20,000 nucleotides of DNA from Emiliania huxleyi CCMP1516. Taxonomy: Eukaryota. Each line of letters opens with the position of its first letter. Positions within the stretch are counted from its first letter, which is position 1. The stretch covers positions 436,155 through 456,154 of the forward strand of contig NW_005201551.1 of NCBI RefSeq assembly GCF_000372725.1. The letters are read 5' to 3'. Position numbers and translations under genes: made by a program. Of this stretch, positions 16,371-20,000 are shown in pieces. The notes under the pieces are model-generated. The model was not told where the DNA came from, did not search any database, and saw nothing but the letters and a program-made list of their open reading frames with translations.

Positions 16371-19306
16371 CCGGCAGGCGCGGTTACCTCGGTTACCTAG
16401 ATGTCACGGTCATCGCCGGGGGCAGGCGAGCGCGGCAGCGCGCGCGGCAGCGCTGCCGGCAGGCACGTGCCTAGGAGTTACGGTGCGCCGGCATGCGCGG
16501 TTATCGGTTACCGAGATGTCACGGTCATCGCCGGGGGCAGGCGAGCGCGGCAGCGCGCGCGGCAGCGCTGCCGGCAGGCACGTGCCTAGGAGTTACGGTG
16601 CGCCGGTAGGCGCGGTTACCTCGGTTACCGAGATGTCACGGTCATCGCCTGGGGCAGGCGAGCGCGGCAGCGCGCGCGGCAGCGCTGCCGGCAGGCACGT
16701 GCCTAGGAGTGAAGGTGCGCCGGCAGGCGCGGTAACCTCGGTTACCGAGATGTTACGGTCATCGCCGGGGGCAGGCGAGCGCGGCAGCGCGCGCGGCAGC
16801 GCTGCCGGCAGGCACGTCCCTAGGAGTGAAGGTGCGCCGGTAGGCGCTGTCACGGGTTACCAAGATGTGACGGTCATCGCCGGGGGCAGGCGAGCGCGGC
16901 AGCGCGCGCGGCAGCGCTGCCGGCAGGCACGTCCCTAGGAGTGAAGGTGCGCCGGTAGGCGCTGTCACGGGGGTTACCAAGATGTGACGGTCATCGCCGG
17001 GGGCAGGCGAGCGCGGCAGCGCGCGCGGCAGCGCTGCCGGCAGGCATGTGCCTAGGAGTGAAGGTGCGCCGGCAGGCGCTGTCACGGGTTACCAAGATGT
17101 GACGGTCATCGCCGGGGGCAGGCGAGCGCGGCAGCGCGCGCGGCAGCGCTGCCGGCAGGCATGTGCCTAGGAGTGAAGGTGCGCCGGTAGGCGCTGTCTT
17201 CGGTTACCAAGATGTCACGGTCATCGCCGGGGGCAGGCGAGCGCGGCAGCGCGCGCGGCAGCGCTGCCGGCAGGCATGTGCCTAGGAGTGAAGGTGCGCC
17301 GGCAGGCGCTGTCACGGGTTACCAAGATGTCACGGTCATCGCCGGGGGCAGGCGAGCGCGGCAGCGCGCGCGGCAGCGCTGCCGGCAGGCATGTGCCTAG
17401 GAGTGAAGGTGCGCCGGCAGGCGCTGTCACGGGTTACCAAGATGTCACGGTCATCGCCGGGGGCAGGCGAGCGCGGCAGCGCGCGCGGCAGCGCTGCCGG
17501 CAGGCACGTCCCTAGGAGTGAAGGTGCGCCGGTAGGCGCTGTCACGGGTTACCAAGATGTCACGGTCATCGCCGGGGGCAGGCGAGCGCGGCAGCGCGCG
17601 CGGCAGCGCTGCCGGCAGGCATGTCCCTAGGAGTGAAGGTGCGCCGGTAGGCGCTGTCACGGGCTACCAAGATGTCACGGTCATCGCCGGGGGCAGGCGA
17701 GCGCGGCAGCGCGCGCGGCAGCGCTGCCGGCAGGCATGTGCCTAGGAGTGAAGGTGCGCCGGCAGGCGCTGTCACGGGTTACCAAGATGTGACGGTCATC
17801 GCCGGGGGCAGGCGAGCGCGGCAGCGCGCGCGGCAGCGCTGCCGGCAGGCACGTCCCTAGGAGTGAAGGTGCGCCGGTAGGCGCTGTCACGGGGGTTACC
17901 AAGATGTGACGGTCATCGCCGGGGGCAGGCGAGCGCGGCAGCGCGCGCGGCAGCGCTGCCGGCAGGCATGTGCCTAGGAGTGAAGGTGCGCCGGCAGGCG
18001 CTGTCACGGGTTACCAAGATGTGACGGTCATCGCCGGGGGCAGGCGAGCGCGGCAGCGCGCGCGGCAGCGCTGCCGGCAGGCATGTGCCTAGGAGTGAAG
18101 GTGCGCCGGTAGGCGCTGTCTTCGGTTACCAAGATGTCACGGTCATCGCCGGGGGCAGGCGAGCGCGGCAGCGCGCGCGGCAGCGCTGCCGGCAGGCACG
18201 TCCCTAGGAGTGAAGGTGCGCCGGTAGGCGCTGTCACGGGTTACCAAGATGTGACGGTCATCGCCGGGGGCAGGCGAGCGCGGCAGCGCGCGCGGCAGCG
18301 CTGCCGGCAGGCATGTGCCTAGGAGTGAAGGTGCGCCGGCAGGCGCTGTCACGGGTTACCAAGATGTCACGGTCATCGCCGGGGGCAGGCGAGCGCGGCA
18401 GCGCGCGCGGCAGCGCTGCCGGCAGGCATGTGCCTAGGAGTGAAGGTGCGCCGGCAGGCGCTGTCACGGGTTACCAAGATATCACGGTCATCGCCGGGGG
18501 CAGGCGAGCGCGGCAGCGCGCGCGGCAGCGCTGCCGGCAGGCATGTGCCTAGGAGTGAAGGTGCGCCGGCAGGCGCTGTCACGGGTTACCAAGATGTCAC
18601 GGTCATCGCCGGGGGCAGGCGAGCGCGGCAGCGCGCGCGGCAGCGCTGCCGGCAGGCACGTCCCTAGGAGTGAAGGTGCGCCGGCAGGCGCTCACGGGTT
18701 ACCAAGATGTCACGGTCATCGCCGGGGGCAGGCGAGCGCGGCAGCGCGCGCGGCAGCGCTGCCGGCAGGCACGTCCCTAGGAGTGAAGGTGCGCCGGTAG
18801 GCGCTGTCACGGGTTACCAAGATGTCACGGTCATCGCCGGGGGCAGGCGAGCGCGGCAGCGCGCGCGGCAGCGCTGCCGGCAGGCACGTCCCTAGGAGTG
18901 AAGGTGCGCCGGTAGGCGCTGTCATGGGTTACCGAGATGTTACGGTCATCGCCGGGGGCAGGCGAGCGCGGCAGCGCGCGCGGCAGCGCTGCCGGCAGGC
19001 ACGTGCCTAGGAGTTACGGTGCGCCGGCAGGCGCGGTTACCTACCTCGGTTACCGAGATGTTACGGTCATCGCCGGGGGCAGGCGAGCGCGGCAGCGCGC
19101 GCGGCAGCGCTGCCGGCAGGCACGTGCCTAGGAGTTACGGTGCGCCGGCAGGCGTGGTTACCTCGGTTACCGAGATGTTACGGTCATCGCCGGGGGCAGG
19201 CGAGCGCGGCAGCGCGCGCGGCAGCGCTGCCGGCAGGCACGTGCCTAGGAGTTACGGTGCGCCGGTAGACGCTGTCTTCGGTTAAGGTGCGCAGGTAGGC
19301 GCTGTA
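16371..19306 (+). repeat. Subtelomeric (telomere-associated) satellite, 113-121 bp unit (mostly 115), 25 copies
   Basis: The unit GGTTACCAAGATGTCACGGTCATCGCCGGGGGCAGGCGAGCGCGGCAGCGCGCGCGGCAGCGCTGCCGGCAGGCAYGTSCCTAGGAGTGAAGGTGCGCCGGYAGGCGCTGTCACG was counted 25 times from 16399 to 19173. Confidence 0.97.
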
Positions 19307-19308
19307 TA

Positions 19309-19861
19309 GGTTAGGGTTAGGGTTAGGGTTAGGGTTAGGGTTAGGGTTAGGGTTAGGGTTAGGGTTAGGGTTAGGGTTAGGGTTAGGGTTAGGGTTAGGG
19401 TTAGGGTTAGGGTTAGGGTTAGGGTTAGGGTTAGGGTTAGGGTTAGGGTTAGGGTTAGGGTTAGGGTTAGGGTTAGGGTTAGGGTTAGGGTTAGGGTTAG
19501 GGTTAGGGTTAGGGTTAGGGTTAGGGTTAGGGTTAGGGTTAGGGTTAGGGTTAGGGTTAGGGTTAGGGTTAGGGTTAGGGTTAGGGTTAGGGTTAGGGTT
19601 AGGGTTAGGGTTAGGGTTAGGGTTAGGGTTAGGGTTAGGGTTAGGGTTAGGGTTAGGGTTAGGGTTAGGGTTAGGGTTAGGGTTAGGGTTAGGGTTAGGG
19701 TTAGGGTTAGGGTTAGGGTTAGGGTTAGGGTTAGGGTTAGGGTTAGGGTTAGGGTTAGGGTTAGGGTTAGGGTTAGGGTTAGGGTTAGGGTTAGGGTTAG
19801 GGTTATGGTTAGGGTTAGGGTTAGGGTTAGGGTTAGGGTTAGTCGTTAGGGTTAGGGTTAG
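19309..19861 (+). repeat. Telomeric repeat (TTAGGG)n, ~90 copies
   Basis: Near-perfect array with the G-rich strand pointing to the right end; variants (ttatgg, ttagtcg) appear only in the last 60 bp. Confidence 0.99.
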
Positions 19862-20000
19862 AGTACGCTTAGAGCATGGATCTCACTATCCTTCAGCATT
19901 AGAAAAAGGGAGATACAGGTTTTCTGTGCATGACACTGATGTGAACAAAGGACTAGGCTGATCCTCATTGTGATGCAACACATCTTCTCAGTACTAGAAA

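Noticed and set aside
16401..19285. Dozens of near-identical short ORFs and a CRISPR-like periodicity
   Set aside because: These are translations of the 115-bp satellite. There are no unique spacers and no cas genes, and the context is eukaryotic.

Overview
GC-rich eukaryotic DNA at a chromosome end. It is inferred to be haptophyte (Emiliania/Gephyrocapsa-like) from the many GC-AG introns, the 10-11 bp intronic tandem repeats and the TTAGGG telomere. Left to right: (1) an intron-dense + strand locus (555-4836) whose hand-spliced exons encode a PfkB/ribokinase-family kinase apparently fused in frame to an equilibrative nucleoside transporter (ENT), ~786 aa, with most of its ~19 introns flanked by duplicated exon sequence and filled with short repeats; (2) an assembly gap; (3) a minus-strand gene for a predicted acylated HET-like domain + RI-type LRR protein (6603-7882); (4) a complete 3.7-kb DNA transposon (7976-11707) with ~380-430 bp TIRs, a TSD, an intact intron-containing IS3-type DDE transposase, a possible second gene and a possible nested TIR element; (5) a frameshifted coiled-coil ORF; (6) low-complexity satellites (17 bp, SPPP-like, 175 bp) and a second gap; (7) a 25-copy ~115-bp subtelomeric satellite running directly into ~90 TTAGGG repeats, followed by 139 bp of non-telomeric sequence. 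All gene models are manual and have no transcript support.
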